Source: Vicugna vicugna | Taxonomy: Eukaryota | Direction of reading: 5' to 3' | Assembly: GCA_013265495.1 (NCBI GenBank) | Contig: MU058718.1 | Location: forward strand, 2,937,779 to 3,001,778 | DNA length: 64,000 nt | Part shown: positions 40,111 to 52,600 of the stretch, one piece after another | Layout of the letters: each line of letters opens with the position of its first letter | Position numbering within the stretch: the first letter of the stretch is position 1 | The notes under the pieces: generated by a model | What the model saw: only the letters and a program-made list of their open reading frames with translations | Told to the model about the DNA's origin: nothing | Database searches by the model: none | Made by a program: the position numbers and the translations under genes

Positions 40111-42007
40111 TCTAAATAGATCTCATGATAATATCTTGTAATTTTTTTTTTTTTTTACAACTAGGGAAGTTACAAGGGAACAAGGGCATATGACTCACTC
40201 AAGAACAGGCATCAAGTCAGGTCTTTATAGATTTCTGTCCTCGAGCCCTGGGCCGCCTCTTCAGAGCTTTATAAATTGTTCACCGGGCTGTAACACCCTC
40301 TTGAAGAGGACTCTCTTTTTTTCACAGGGGACTCACCTGAATTTCAGCTACAGATTCTCCAGACAGCCAAAGCATTTCAGACTCTTCATTTGCTGGAAAT
40401 CACTGGAGGGGCTGAAAATAAAAAGACCATTTTGTGTTCAGGCTGCCAGATCATTAGAGCTAATTAACTAGCAATTTTGTTCAGTTTACATTTAATGCAA
40501 AGATTCTGGCATTCGTTACACTGAGGAAAAAACAGAGGAGATTATGGATCAAGAGCATTATCACATGGTAGATATATGCATGTATTTTGAGTAACTAAAG
40601 CTAGTCATTTGACTTAAGATAAATCATTACATATCAAATTTCTTTAATATCTCCCTTTGGTATGGTTCAGAGTTGTTTATCTTCTTAATCTGACATCAGG
40701 AAAGAATAGCAGAGAAGACTGACAATCCTGAGAACAGAGTGAATGATTTGCAGAGGAATATGCTTTAAAATCTTTCATTGCGAAGATGTGACTGCCACTA
40801 CATTCACTGGGCAGAAAACCCCCGTCCCCAGCCTGATGTTGATAAGTAAAGAAACATTCATACAGCCTGTAATATGCTGCAGCTTCTCTCATTTTCCCTC
40901 TAGACTTCTCCAATTACAAGTTCAAATAATGTTACTCAGTAACTTTTATTTTCTCTCAATAAGAGAAATCTCACAACTCTACTCTGTTTGGCAAACAGAC
41001 ACAAAATAGAGTCATTATTTTCCAGGTCTTAGTACATAATCAATAACAGCTTCCATTTACTGAGAGCCTCCTAGGTGAAAGGCACTGTACTGGCTTCTCA
41101 CATTATTTCTAATCTTGATAATTTGGCAAGTTGGATCTTCTTATTCCTATTTACAAAGAAAAAACTGGAACTGAGGGAGATTTAAAACTTCTCAAAATTC
41201 ATGTACTTTTTCCCATCATGCTCCCTCACTCTTCCCCAAGCCTTGGAGAACCACTGAGGAGTAGATGTTTTGTTTTTGTTTTTTTTTTGGCTGCTTGAAC
41301 AACCATTCATAAGTTGCCTCTTTAATGCCTGATATGAGCGTAGGAGATGACAATCCTTCCAAGTGAGACATGGACCTTGCTCTCCAGGAGCTCACAATTC
41401 AGTACAGAGAAAAGGAGAATAGAATGAAGTTAGTTCTAAGGAGAATGATTCAGGCAGATTCCACCATGGGATAATATACCCATACACCCTCACCCTACAA
41501 ATTCATCTTGCTTTGAGGAAGGCAGCAATATTAAAAGTCAGGAATGAGAGTAGGGGTAAGAAATAGCCTGATTTGCACCCTGTGGGGTGATGCTGACCCC
41601 TACTTCTCTCCCCAGACTGCCCCACCTAAGCAGGTGTCCTTAGCACAAGGTATGGGACCTGAGGCTTAGACAACTTGGGCAGGGGTCAGGGTGTGGAAAG
41701 GGGGATATCTTTTAAGAAAAAGAAATTACGCATGCAAAATTGAGTACAAAAATGAAGAATTATTTAGGAAAGGGATGACAACAGGTAACTGAAGCTTTGG
41801 AGATTCGGGACTTAAAATCTCTTTAGGGTAGTTACCAGCTTACATAGAGATGCTTCCTGATTGTGGTCTGGCTTTCCCTCCACACCTACAACACTCTGCA
41901 AGTCCGGTCCCTTCCTGGCATTCATGCTGCAAGTGAGGAACCTGAAGCTTATGCTTCACTGGCTTCATGGTTCACCTAGATGTGGTACCACTGATAGAGG
42001 CTGCAGG

Positions 42008-42637
42008 AGAATGACTTGGATGTGCATTTTGGTTTGCCAGAAAGTCCCAGGTTATGCCTGTTATTCTTGTTTAAATTTTTTTCCAGTTTTATTGAGAAAT
42101 AATTAACATACATCACTGGATAAGTTTAAGGTGTACAACGTGACGGTTTGATTTACATATATTGTGAAATAATTGCCCCAATACGTTCAGTTAATATCCG
42201 TCTTCTCACCTAGCTACGATAAAAAGAAAAGAAGGAAGAAACGAACAAAGGGGGAAAGTTTCTTTTTCCATGAGAACTCAGGATCTTCTTGTAAAAACTT
42301 TTCCATGTAACATGCAGCAGTGGAAGCTATAGTCATTATGTTGTCCATTACATTCTCAGTACTTTATCTTATAACTGGAACTTTGTATCTTTTGACCACC
42401 TTCCTCCAGTTCCTCCTCTCTCCTCCACCTCTAGTAACCATAAATCTGATCTCTCTTTTCTATGAGTTTGACTTGGTATTTTTGTTGTTTTCTTCAGATT
42501 CCACATATAAGTGAGATCATACAGTGTTTGTCTTTCTCTTTAACATAATGCCTTCAAGGTCCTTCCATGTTGTCAAATATATTTGGATTTCTTCAATTTA
42601 CACACATATATATAGCTAAATATATAACATATATATA

Positions 42638-42671
<34 letters not shown>

Positions 42672-43597
42672 GGTATGTGTGTGTCTGTATTCCAACTTCT
42701 TTATCCATTCATCCATTGATGGACACTTAGGTTGTTTCCATGTCTTGGCTATTGTAAATAATGTTGCTATGAACATGGGGGTGCAGATATCTTTTTGAGT
42801 TAGTGTTTTAGTTATCTTTGAATATATCCCAGAAGGGGAATTGCTGAATCATATATGGTAGTTCTATCTAATTTTTTGAGAATCCTCCATACTGTTTTCC
42901 CCAGTGGCTGCACCAATTTACAATTTGCATCAACAGTGCACAAGGGTTTCCTTTTCTCCACATCCACACTGGCATTCCTTAAGTCTTATCTTTTTGATGA
43001 TGGCCATTCTAGCAGGTGTGAGGTGATATCTCATAGTGGTTTTAATTTGCATTTCTCTGATGACTAGTGATGTTGAGCATCTTTTCATGCACCTGTTAAC
43101 CTTTCATATATCTTCTTTGGAGAAATGTCTATTCAAGTCCTTTACCCATTTTAAAATTAGCTTATTTGGGATGTTGCAATTGAGTTGTATGGGCTCTTTT
43201 TACGTTTTGGATATTACCACCTTATCAGATTTATGGTTTATAAACACTTTTCCCATTTTCTAGGTTGTCTTTTTATTTTGTTGATAGTTTCCTTTGCTGT
43301 GCAGAAGCTTTTTAGTTTGGTGTGGTCCCATTTGTTTATTTTTTTACTTGGTTGCTTGTGCTTTAGGTGTCAAATCCAAAAAAAAAAAATCATTACCAAG
43401 ACCTATGTTAAGGACTTTGTTCCTATGTTTTCTTCTAGGAGTTTCATGGTTTCAGGTATTACATTTAAGTCTTGAATCCATTTCAAGTTAATTTTTGTGA
43501 GTGGTGTAAGATATGCGTCCATGTTTAAATTTTAGTAATTTCCTTTTCATTCTGAAAAAGCAGTCCTGGTTTGTCTGATAAATTGTATGGTTACCCT
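42008..43597. mobile_element. MER94-like hAT MITE split by an L1 insertion (pieces ~42008-42079 and 43522-43597)
   Basis: Right piece on the minus strand reads agggtaaccatacaatttatcagacaaaccaggac, and the left piece has tggtttgccagaaagtcccaggttatgcctgtt. Both match MER94 as recalled. Confidence 0.65.
42080..43521 (-). mobile_element. 5'-truncated L1 (ORF2 C-terminal remnant plus 3' UTR) with TSD
   Basis: ORF 42573-42776 ([28 protein letters not shown]) is L1 ORF2 C-terminus. TSD tgtttaaatttt at 42068-42079 and 43522-43533. Internal (CA)/(TA) repeat at ~42600-42685. Confidence 0.93.
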
Positions 43598-46039
43598 ATT
43601 TATGCTGGACACCTCCGTGACTACACAAGCTGGTCCTAGGTGGGAGCTTTTCCATTCTAACTTTAGCATCTTCTTTGCCTGTCTGCCCCGAGTAGGCCTG
43701 TTAGAATCTCTGTTTCCCAGTCTTAAAGTGGGGGTAGTCACAGTCACCTACTTACTGTGAGTTGCAAGGAAGGTTCCTGTTTTGTGTTTTGCTCTCTTCT
43801 TAAAAGTCGTTGTTTTGGTATTACATAAATTAGGACTTAACAAAATTTTTTTGTCAAAGTTGTATAGGGGCTCTTTCATTTAGACATCCAAGAATCCATC
43901 AGTAATACCATCTAATCCAGTAGCTTCAGTCCTCTCTGTTGTGCTTTCATGATGATCCACCCATCTCTGAACTACCAACAGGGTGGAGCAGTGGGACCTT
44001 CAGGCCTAGTTTAAAAGATCAGCTGGGTGTCTGTCCTTTGGATGAAACATCGCATCTGAATGTGCTGGTGGAGCTAAGGAAGTGTTATCCGGACAACAGC
44101 TTGGACTTGGTGGGTCACAATGTGTCCATGCATCACTGTAAGAGACAGAAAAGCAGGAAAGCGAGGCAGAAAAGCTCCACCCCCACAAGAAGCTGGTTTA
44201 CACGCTGGGCCAGTTGAGGATGACAACACAGCTCCGTTGTGGGCAGGCTACCAGATCCAACACAGCATTTCAGAGCCTTTGAGTCACACATCAAGCGCAA
44301 ATAACTGGGCTTATTTTTCCTGCCAAAGTCACATGCAATGTCGAGGCAACATCAAAAAGTTTCTTCTGAGCGCTGATTCGGGCACATAAACAGTGGCGTG
44401 GTTCGATGCCACTCTGTGTTTAAAGTAATTATATGACAGCGCTGGAATGTGGTGATGTGAAAGCGCATTGCAGCAAAGTTGATTCTATCAGCAAACTCTG
44501 GCACGTCAGCTGGCCCGGATCCTGTTTTTCCCAGAATTTACTACTTCCTACTTGGGAACGGTCTCTGGGAAAGTCAGAACTTGAGGGCAAGTGGGGGTGT
44601 GCTGCCCAGCTCTCTAAGGCTGGGGCCAGCTTGCAACCAACCATGTCTGGAACACAGCTTGTGGATGTTGGTCCAGAGCAGCTGTGGTCGCCCATGTTCA
44701 GTAGGAGCCCTTGGAAAACAGCTGAGGCTGATGCGAGTGGTAGTGGCCTGGGTTTGTGTCTCACCCTGTCTTGCCAGATCCTACGGGGGTTCAGCAAGCT
44801 GGAGCGATCCAGCCGGAGAAAGGCTGGTGGTGTGGGCAAGGCTTCCTGGGAGAGGTGACAACCCTAGGCATGAAGATGACGGCTCTCAGGTGCTGGCTAT
44901 AGAAGCCCTGCCTTCACGGGCCCAGGCACATGTCTGACTGGTAGAGTCTAACTTCATCCCAAATACAAGGACACACAAGCTCTTCCATCCATTTCCTCTT
45001 TGGAATCTTACCTGTCTCCTGGAAAAAGCCCTGGTAACCCCTCTGCCCTATGTTCTGGCACCCAATCCCCAACTGTGTGCCAAACTGATGGAATATTTTT
45101 GTGTCTGGGGAGAATCATTTCCCTTTATCCTCACAGAACTTCCTTCATAAGTTAGTGCTGGCAACTATATTCGTGCTAATTAGCTGCCCTTGATGGATGT
45201 ATTTCATCCAGTTGTAAATTTCAGAGAAGTTCCCAGGCCAGTGGAAAAGTAGAATTCTCAGGACAAGCTGAGTGGAAATCAGGTTTGGATGACCTCCACA
45301 GACCGAGTCTAGCCAATTCCCATGGGGCTGAAACACAGCGTTCCCAGGGAGGCAAGTCAAAATCTAGTGGCAGACCTGGAAGAAATCTCATGGACACCAT
45401 TTAGTTCGGTCGCTTTATTTTACAACGAGGGACCTGGGGCTCATAAAGGTGAATTAACTTGCTCCATCACACAGCTATTTACTGGTCACACTGAAAGTGA
45501 AAAGCATATGGGCCACATGATTGACTACAGGGCAAATATCTGCTTGTCTTCCAGGACAGATTAAATACAGTTCTCATAAGCAAAAGCCTTGTCTATTTTT
45601 CTCAAGTTCATCTTTCTTTTCACCTTCTCAACTGTGTTCATGGAGTAATACTATATCTCTAAAGAGACCATGTAGAATCTAGCTGATGAGATATTTCAGA
45701 TATTCCAAAAAGCAAAGGTGCTGATGTAATTTTGGTAGGTCAGGGGAGCAGCTGTTGGAAAGGAGGAAGCTCCCCAAGCATCTGGACTGCTCTGCGTCCT
45801 AGGTTCTGGTCAGCCTGTCTGCTAGCTATAAGCCTTTATGCTCTGAGTCTGGAATATTCTGACTCTCCATCCATCTCTGGCACTTTCAGAGTAGTTAGGG
45901 AAGGTGGTGACTGCTGGGAGGTTTGTTTTATGGGGGTTTGGGGAAGGAATCTTTCTTGTTATTTTTATGACACCTCTTCCAAATGGTAGTTTTTCTTGCA
46001 AATGCATTGGCTTCAGATTTATTAGAAGTGAGAATCAGG

Positions 46040-46190
46040 ATTTTCTCTTTTCCTTTCTTTATTTTTCTTTTCTTTCCTTTTCCTTTCCTGTCTCCTTTCC
46101 TTCCTTCTTCCCTCCCTCCCTTCCCCTTCTCTCCCTTTCTTCTTTATTTTCCTCTTTCTTTTCTCTTCCTCCTCCTCCTTCCTCTTCTTC
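46040..46190 (+). repeat. CT-rich low-complexity tract
   Basis: Near-pure pyrimidine run. It explains ORFs 45904 and 45983. Confidence 0.9.
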
Positions 46191-46784
46191 ACACCTCAAA
46201 GCTCCACTGTGCTGTTGAATAAACAGTCACCCACAGTAACAGCTTGTGGAAGGGATACTGTATCAGGTGGTCACTTGTTGAACCCTGGCCTCCTGGGCAC
46301 ATATGAAAGGTAAGTGTTCCTTTATGTCACTCAACTTTCATATAGATACTATGAATATTCATCATTTAATATAAATACAAGACAACTCTTCATTTTATAG
46401 ATAATTAAGACCAGGAAGTTTTAGTTACAGAACTTCTGTCATGAGAAATTTCTGTTTTGTGTGCAGAGCTGTAATCTTTATGCTTAAGTTTAAATGATAC
46501 CAAAATTACACTCAAGGGGTAATTGACTGATTACCAGATGACAGATTGTATTTTTTGCCTCACAACCAATTACTTGAAATTCTTTAAACATAGGGAGTCC
46601 AAGGATCACCCAGATTTCCTAAATATTACAACTTTATATATATATATATATATCTCAGATGAAACTATGTCAGTTCTTCATAAAATGTACATTTATCATT
46701 GTATTATAATAATTACTGATAGCAATGGATTGAAATAATTTGCATTTCACTGAAATGATTACAAAAACAAATCACAAGTACTAG

Positions 46785-47590
46785 TCATCTTCCCCACCAA
46801 ACCTGTTCCTGCAACAGGCTTCCTCATTTCCATCAGTGGCTGTACCACCTCCCCGACATCTCAGGCTAGAAACCTGGGAACCATTCTCAGCACCTCTCAG
46901 CCCTCACCCTTCACACTCCATACATCACCAAGTCCTGCCAATTTCACTTCCATGATATATTTGGACTCTGTCTATTCTGCTTCCCACCTCCACTTACCTT
47001 AGTCCTCCCAGGCCACCACCATTTCTCTGCTTCCCACCTCGTCTCTCGTCTTCCGCCCTTGCCTCTCCAATCTGTTCTGCTCACAACAACCAGGGTGACC
47101 TTTTAGAGAAGTAAACATGACCAAGTTGTGCTCTTGTTCCAAATTCCTCAATGTAGGTCTCTCTTGCCTCTTTTCCCTCGGCTCCCTAACCCCTAGCTGC
47201 CTTTGACCTTCTTTTGGTATGTAAACTGATCTGGAACATTTCCTCCTCCTCCCCTCCATCCCCACCCTACTGCTCCAGACACCAACGACTTTCTTTTCAT
47301 CATAAGGCAGGTCTTAACTGACTATCAGTCCTCAGGAAAGTTTTATACCCCGACTAACGTCGTTCTCACTGTGACTCTCAAACATACCAACTGGTTCTTC
47401 TCTTTCAAAACCTTCACCACAATTGTAAATTTTTATATTTGTGTTATAATATGCATATTGTATTATTCTATTACATATAATGCCTAACTTCTCTTGCAGA
47501 CTATAAGCCCTATGAGGACAGACACCATGCATGTCCTGGCTAGGTATAGGCATATAATAAATGTTCAATAACTATTTGTGGATAAATGGA
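46785..47590 (+). mobile_element. LINE-2 3' fragments
   Basis: ccaaacctgttcctg...caggctagaaacctgggaaccattc...gactataagccctatgaggacag...tcaataactatttgtggataaatg. Confidence 0.75.
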
Positions 47591-47622
47591 TCATCATTGT
47601 AATGCCTGTGTACCCTGCGGGG

Positions 47623-47764
47623 TTTTTTTTTTTTAAATTTTGGGGGGGTAATTAGGTTTACTTATTTATTTAATTAATTTATTTTTTAATAGAAGCACTA
47701 GGGATTGAACCCAGGACCTCGTGGATGCTAAGCATGTGCTCTACCACTGAGCTATACCCGCCCC
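47623..47764 (-). mobile_element. tRNA-derived camelid SINE (vic-1-like)
   Basis: Same family as the 11.8 kb copy: gggattgaacccaggacctc...ctctaccactgagctatacc, with a T-tail on the plus strand and a diverged TSD. Confidence 0.9.
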
Positions 47765-49204
47765 ACTACACTGTGTGTTTTATTTTAGTTTAAGGTACAT
47801 GAGTGTTCTAATTCCCTTAAATTTATGTACCTATTGACTAGTTGACTTTCTCCCCCAATTTATGGATATTAAGACTGATTTAAAGAAGAAAAACAAGCTA
47901 GGAAAGGCGATTTAATGTCCTCAAGTTCAGAGCTGCCTAAAACAGAAAAATAATAATAATAACAACAAAGACGAACATTTACTCCTCTCTTCTGATGTTC
48001 CAGGAGTGTTCCACTCATTTAATTCCTGTAACAACCCTATGAGTTGGTAATAGTCTTTTTTTTTTTAAGGAAATGGAGGTTAGGGAACTTGCCCAGGGTC
48101 TTGAACATGTACATACACACATCGCATTAAACGTTTTTGACATAATAGGCATGCATTCATGTTAGTTATTGTGCTGCCATATTGAGTTTTACCCAGTCAG
48201 GTTTCCCATACTGAAGAACCCTGCAGGTAGCACGATTTCCAGTTCCTCTTGGTCATCATTTCCTGCCCCTATATGCCCCTTGCCCCTACTCTCCCTACCC
48301 TCCCTCTGCCCTTCCCTTCTCCTGTTCCTGGCTTTCCCTGAGGCTGCTCAGTAGGAAAACCTCTGACAGAGCCACTTTTCTGCCAGACTATTATATACAT
48401 GGTCAGTGTTCCTACATTCCAAAGGTGGGTAAAAATGTGTGCAGAGAGCAGGAAAATTTGGCCAGAACAATGACTCACTGTGTACATGCAAAACGGTTCA
48501 ATAATGGGTCACTTAGCAAGGCCAATGCTGCCCATCCCTAGGGGAAATAAGGGGGCGACCACACGGCACTCCTGTGACCTGGGACAAGCTTTCTATGAAA
48601 AAAACGGGAGAGCCACACCCACCATCAACCTTGTCCTGGCTTTTTATTTCCTGGGCATGAAAGGTGATTTTCAAATAGGGCTGGGCGGGAAATGAGTTCT
48701 TGACTTGTTTATAGTAAGTGTGTACAGTCAACTCTAGGTTATCCAGCAACTAGTTATACAAGTGCTGGAGTGTCTGGTCCCTGACTTCTCCTAGTGGTTT
48801 ACTTGTCTGTTTTGGTCCAAATTCCTGCTGATAAGAACTTCCACTAGCAGAAATATAGAATCCTGGTGGATTGGGCTGTTCCTTCCCTCCCTTGCTTCCA
48901 AGCCCAGCCTAGACTGCACGGAAATGACCTGACCCCTTCCTCATGCTCGGGTTTCCTCCAGCCAGTGTAAAGCCCACCTCTGGACAGTCCTGAAACCAGC
49001 CTCTTTTGCTGGCACAGCACTGCTGCTGGCAGGAAGAAATCAGCCCTTGCAGACTGGGGCTCTCATACATTTATGATCTTAAGACTCACTGGCTTTAAGA
49101 CGGTCTCAATTATTTTGCTTTTTTCAGCTTCCTTTTCCATTCCCCTCAGCGGCTGTTCCACACTGCTCCACTCCTTTCCTCAGCCCCCTTACTCCAGTCG
49201 CAGC

Positions 49205-49385
49205 CAGGAGTTCTCAACTTTTGGCAACTTGTTAAAATCACCCCATTGTGATTTTTAAAAAATCACAATGCCTTGGCTGTGTCCCAGGCTAATTATATTA
49301 GATTTTCTGGCAGTGGATCCAAGTATCAGTCTTTTTTAAATCTCCCCCGATGATTCCAGTGTACAGCCAAGCAGTAGAACCATTG
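49205..49385. mobile_element. MER5A-like hAT MITE
   Basis: caggagttctcaactt...aaatctcccccgatgattccagtgtacagcca...gaaccattg. Confidence 0.75.
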
Positions 49386-50368
49386 ATTTGAAGCAGGTAA
49401 CTTCCTCTCCTACTTCATCAGACAATGTGAGGTGGTAAAGCACCAACATCTCAAATTCCTATCTGCTCACAAGCTTTTCTACGTGCACATCCACCCCATT
49501 GTCCTTCCCTCTGGTCTCAGCAGTTGAGGCATCCCTCTATTTCAGGATAACTCTGTCCTTTACACCCATATTTCCACAATCGCTCAAGATCTACTTGTCT
49601 CTCCAATCTCTTCCCCTCTACTGGGTCTTCCCCTTCAGATTGTAAACAAGACTGTCTGCCTTATCTTTGAAAAGGTATCCCTGGAGCTGTCATCTCTCCA
49701 TCTCTAGCCTCACCTCTATCCACTCTCCACTTAGGTCTTCATATTCTGGTCATATTCTCCGTAAATAGAATGCTTTCTTAGTTGGACTCAAACTGTATCT
49801 TTCAAAATTCGGGTCAGTTACTACACCCTCCACGAAAGGGTCCCAGACTTGCTGGCTGGATCAAGATTCTTCTATAGATTGTAGTATATTCAATTGACAT
49901 TCTCTATTTATTTTTCTCTCCTCCTCCCTCCAATATAAGCTCCTTGAGGACAGAAACTAGGTCACTTTCATCTTTGTTTATGTTGGCACCTGGTTTTTTT
50001 GTAGGAATTCACCTATGCTTGTTGAAATGAATTGCAAAACAGTCTTCCACCTAGCTTCTTGGGCAGAATGATGTGGTCTGACCGGCTGTAGGTGAATTTC
50101 ATTTAACCAGGCCCCCATGCTTTTTTTCCATATGAATAACTATCGTAGAAAAGACTTGAGGGCAATTATTGAGACATTCTTTTGGATTTCCTATTGTGCA
50201 CAGAATAATGTCATATTTACTTGTTTAGGATGAATTTCTAACCAAATCCAGTATAGGAATCCTCTTCTCAGCATCTCCACACTTTCCAAGGCCACTGCCC
50301 CGACAAGAATGATCATTAGGAATCAGAAGAAAGAAGGACAGACAGTGTGGCTTGTACTTCTGATACTG

Positions 50369-50967
50369 TTCAAATGACACCTGCACCCCAATGTTCATAG
50401 CAGCACTATTTACAATAGCCAAGACATGGAGGCAGCCTAAATGTCCATCAACAGATGACTGGATAAAGAAGATGTGATATATTTATACAATGGAATACTA
50501 TTCAGCCACAAAAACTGACAACATAACATCATTTGCAGCAACATGGATGTTCCTGGAGAATGTCATTCTAAATGAAGTAAGCCAGAAAGAGAAAGAAAAA
50601 TACTATATGAGATTACTCATATGTGGAATCTAAAAAACAAAAACAAAACATAAATACAGATCAGAAACAGACTCATAGACATAGAATACAAACTTGTGTT
50701 TGCCAAGGGAGCAGGGGGTGGGAAGGGACAGATTGGGATTTCAAAATGTAGAATAAATAAACAAGATTATACTGTATAGCACAGGAAATATATACAAGAT
50801 CTTATGGTAGCTCACAGAGAAAAAAATGTGACAATGAATATATATATGTTCATGTATAACTGAAAAATTGTGCTTTACACTTGAATTTGACACAACATTG
50901 TAAAATGATTATAAATCAATAAAAAAAGTTTAAATAAATAAATGAATAAAACTAAAAAAAAAAAAAA
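50369..50967 (+). mobile_element. Relatively young L1 3' end with poly(A); no TSD found
   Basis: gacacctgcaccccaatgttcatagcagcactatttacaatagccaagacatgg...aaatcaataaaaaa and a long A-tail. Confidence 0.93.
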
Positions 50968-51992
50968 GAAAAATTAAAATTCATTCCCCGACACAGTCAC
51001 TTTATTATAGAATCCTGCACCCTTTCTCTGCAGAGGCAGAGCTGATCTAGCTCTGCAAAGCAGCCAGAATAGGCAGCAGCTTACTGAAGTTTCTCTGTTT
51101 CCTTTTGTTTTCCTCTTAAACTCTCCTTCAAAAAGCACAAGTTACTCCTCAGTCATACTCCGAACGCGTAGCTCCCTCAACCGAGTAGCCAAATCCCTAC
51201 CCTGGCTGACTAATTAGCTGAGTCAGTCTAAGAAATTCCTCAGCTGCCTAGCCCTTCCTTCCGCCAAGCTGCATAAAATTCATAGACGGCATGTATTCAG
51301 AAGCACAGGAAAACACCTGTGAGCAATTAACCAAATACCCTTGAGTTAGAGGCCTTGGAAATACTCTGATGGCCCTCAGACGGTTGGCATGGGTCTGTAA
51401 TTATGTGAGACCACAACCACATCAACCCAACAGGCCAATTACAGGAAGGGTCCTTCTTTCAAATACAACATGATGCTTTCTCTAAAAATACTTCTGCCTG
51501 GGAGTCAGAAAGAAGTATTCTTTATAAGGGTGCTGCCTTAAAGCAACGACATATAGGAGTTTGGAAAAGGAGTGGCACCTCAGGCCATAACCACGACAAG
51601 GAGAAAGGAAACCATCTAAACCAATTTTTTAAATTCACTGAAATTAAAAATTGTGTTTAAAATTATTCACCTGGGAAATGTTGTGTATAACTCTATGTTT
51701 CTATCTGGCCTAGGAAGAATACCTACAGAATTAATAAACCAAGTCTGCAACCAATAGTGTGTTCTGTGAAAATGTAAAAATCCACCCTTTGGCATCAACA
51801 GTCCACTACAGAATTATAAAACAAAAAGCTTTGTTTAATCTTTTCTTTTAGGTACAAGCGTGAATTCTCATTACTCTTCAGTAGACCTTACTTTATAGTC
51901 TATGTGACTAGAATATTTAAAATTAACCCCATGCTATTGAAGAAAGCCATCTATTTTCAGAACCAGTCTCAAAAACCCTAAGACCCTAAAAG

Positions 51993-52600
51993 CAAGAGTT
52001 CTTAGCCAAACATGGCTATGCTTAAGGAGCTATGAGCATCCCCAGAAATTCTAGAAAAAATTTGTGTTGGCACCTGGTTTTTTGTAGGAATTCACCTATG
52101 CTTGTTGTGTATGTGTATTTTTCAGGGCAGGGGAGTGAGGGGGGTGGGTGTATCTGTAGCTACACAGTCTAGTGCAGTAGCCACTACTGCACAGCCATAC
52201 TGCACTTGATATATTGTAGCTTCAGCTGAGATATGCTGTGTTATAATTCCCACTGGAAGACTCAGAGTGATAAAAAGAATGTAAAAAACTCATTAATAAT
52301 TACTATATTGATTAATATTGAAATTATATTTTGTATCTGTTATTAAAATATATAAATAAAATATATTATTAAATTTATATAAATAAAATATATTATTAAA
52401 TATATTATTAAATATATTATTAAAATTAATTATATATTATTATTATAATAAAATATATTATTAAACTTAATCTCACCTGTTTCTTTTAATTTTTTTAAAA
52501 TATGGTTACTAAAAAGACTAAGAACACACACCCAGCTCACAGTATATTTCTATTGAATGAGACTTAGTATATAGCATTCATCAGTTTCTAAAGGGCTCTT
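51993..52600. mobile_element. hAT MITE with a nested MER3/MER33-like MITE (~52160-52560)
   Basis: Outer element gttcttagcc...cagaaatt...gtatttttcaggg / atagcattcatcagtttctaaaggg resembles the 57040-57165 copy. Inner element has ttaatctcacctgtttcttttaattttt...atatttctattg. Confidence 0.55.
52340..52466. repeat. AT-rich tandem expansion (aaatatattatt-like unit)
   Basis: Repeated aaatatattatt(a) units with essentially no G or C. Confidence 0.85.

Noticed and set aside
44429..44937. Overlapping 136-152 aa ORFs as a CDS or processed pseudogene
   Set aside because: No recognisable protein family, and no poly(A) or TSD. Kept only as a candidate regulatory block.
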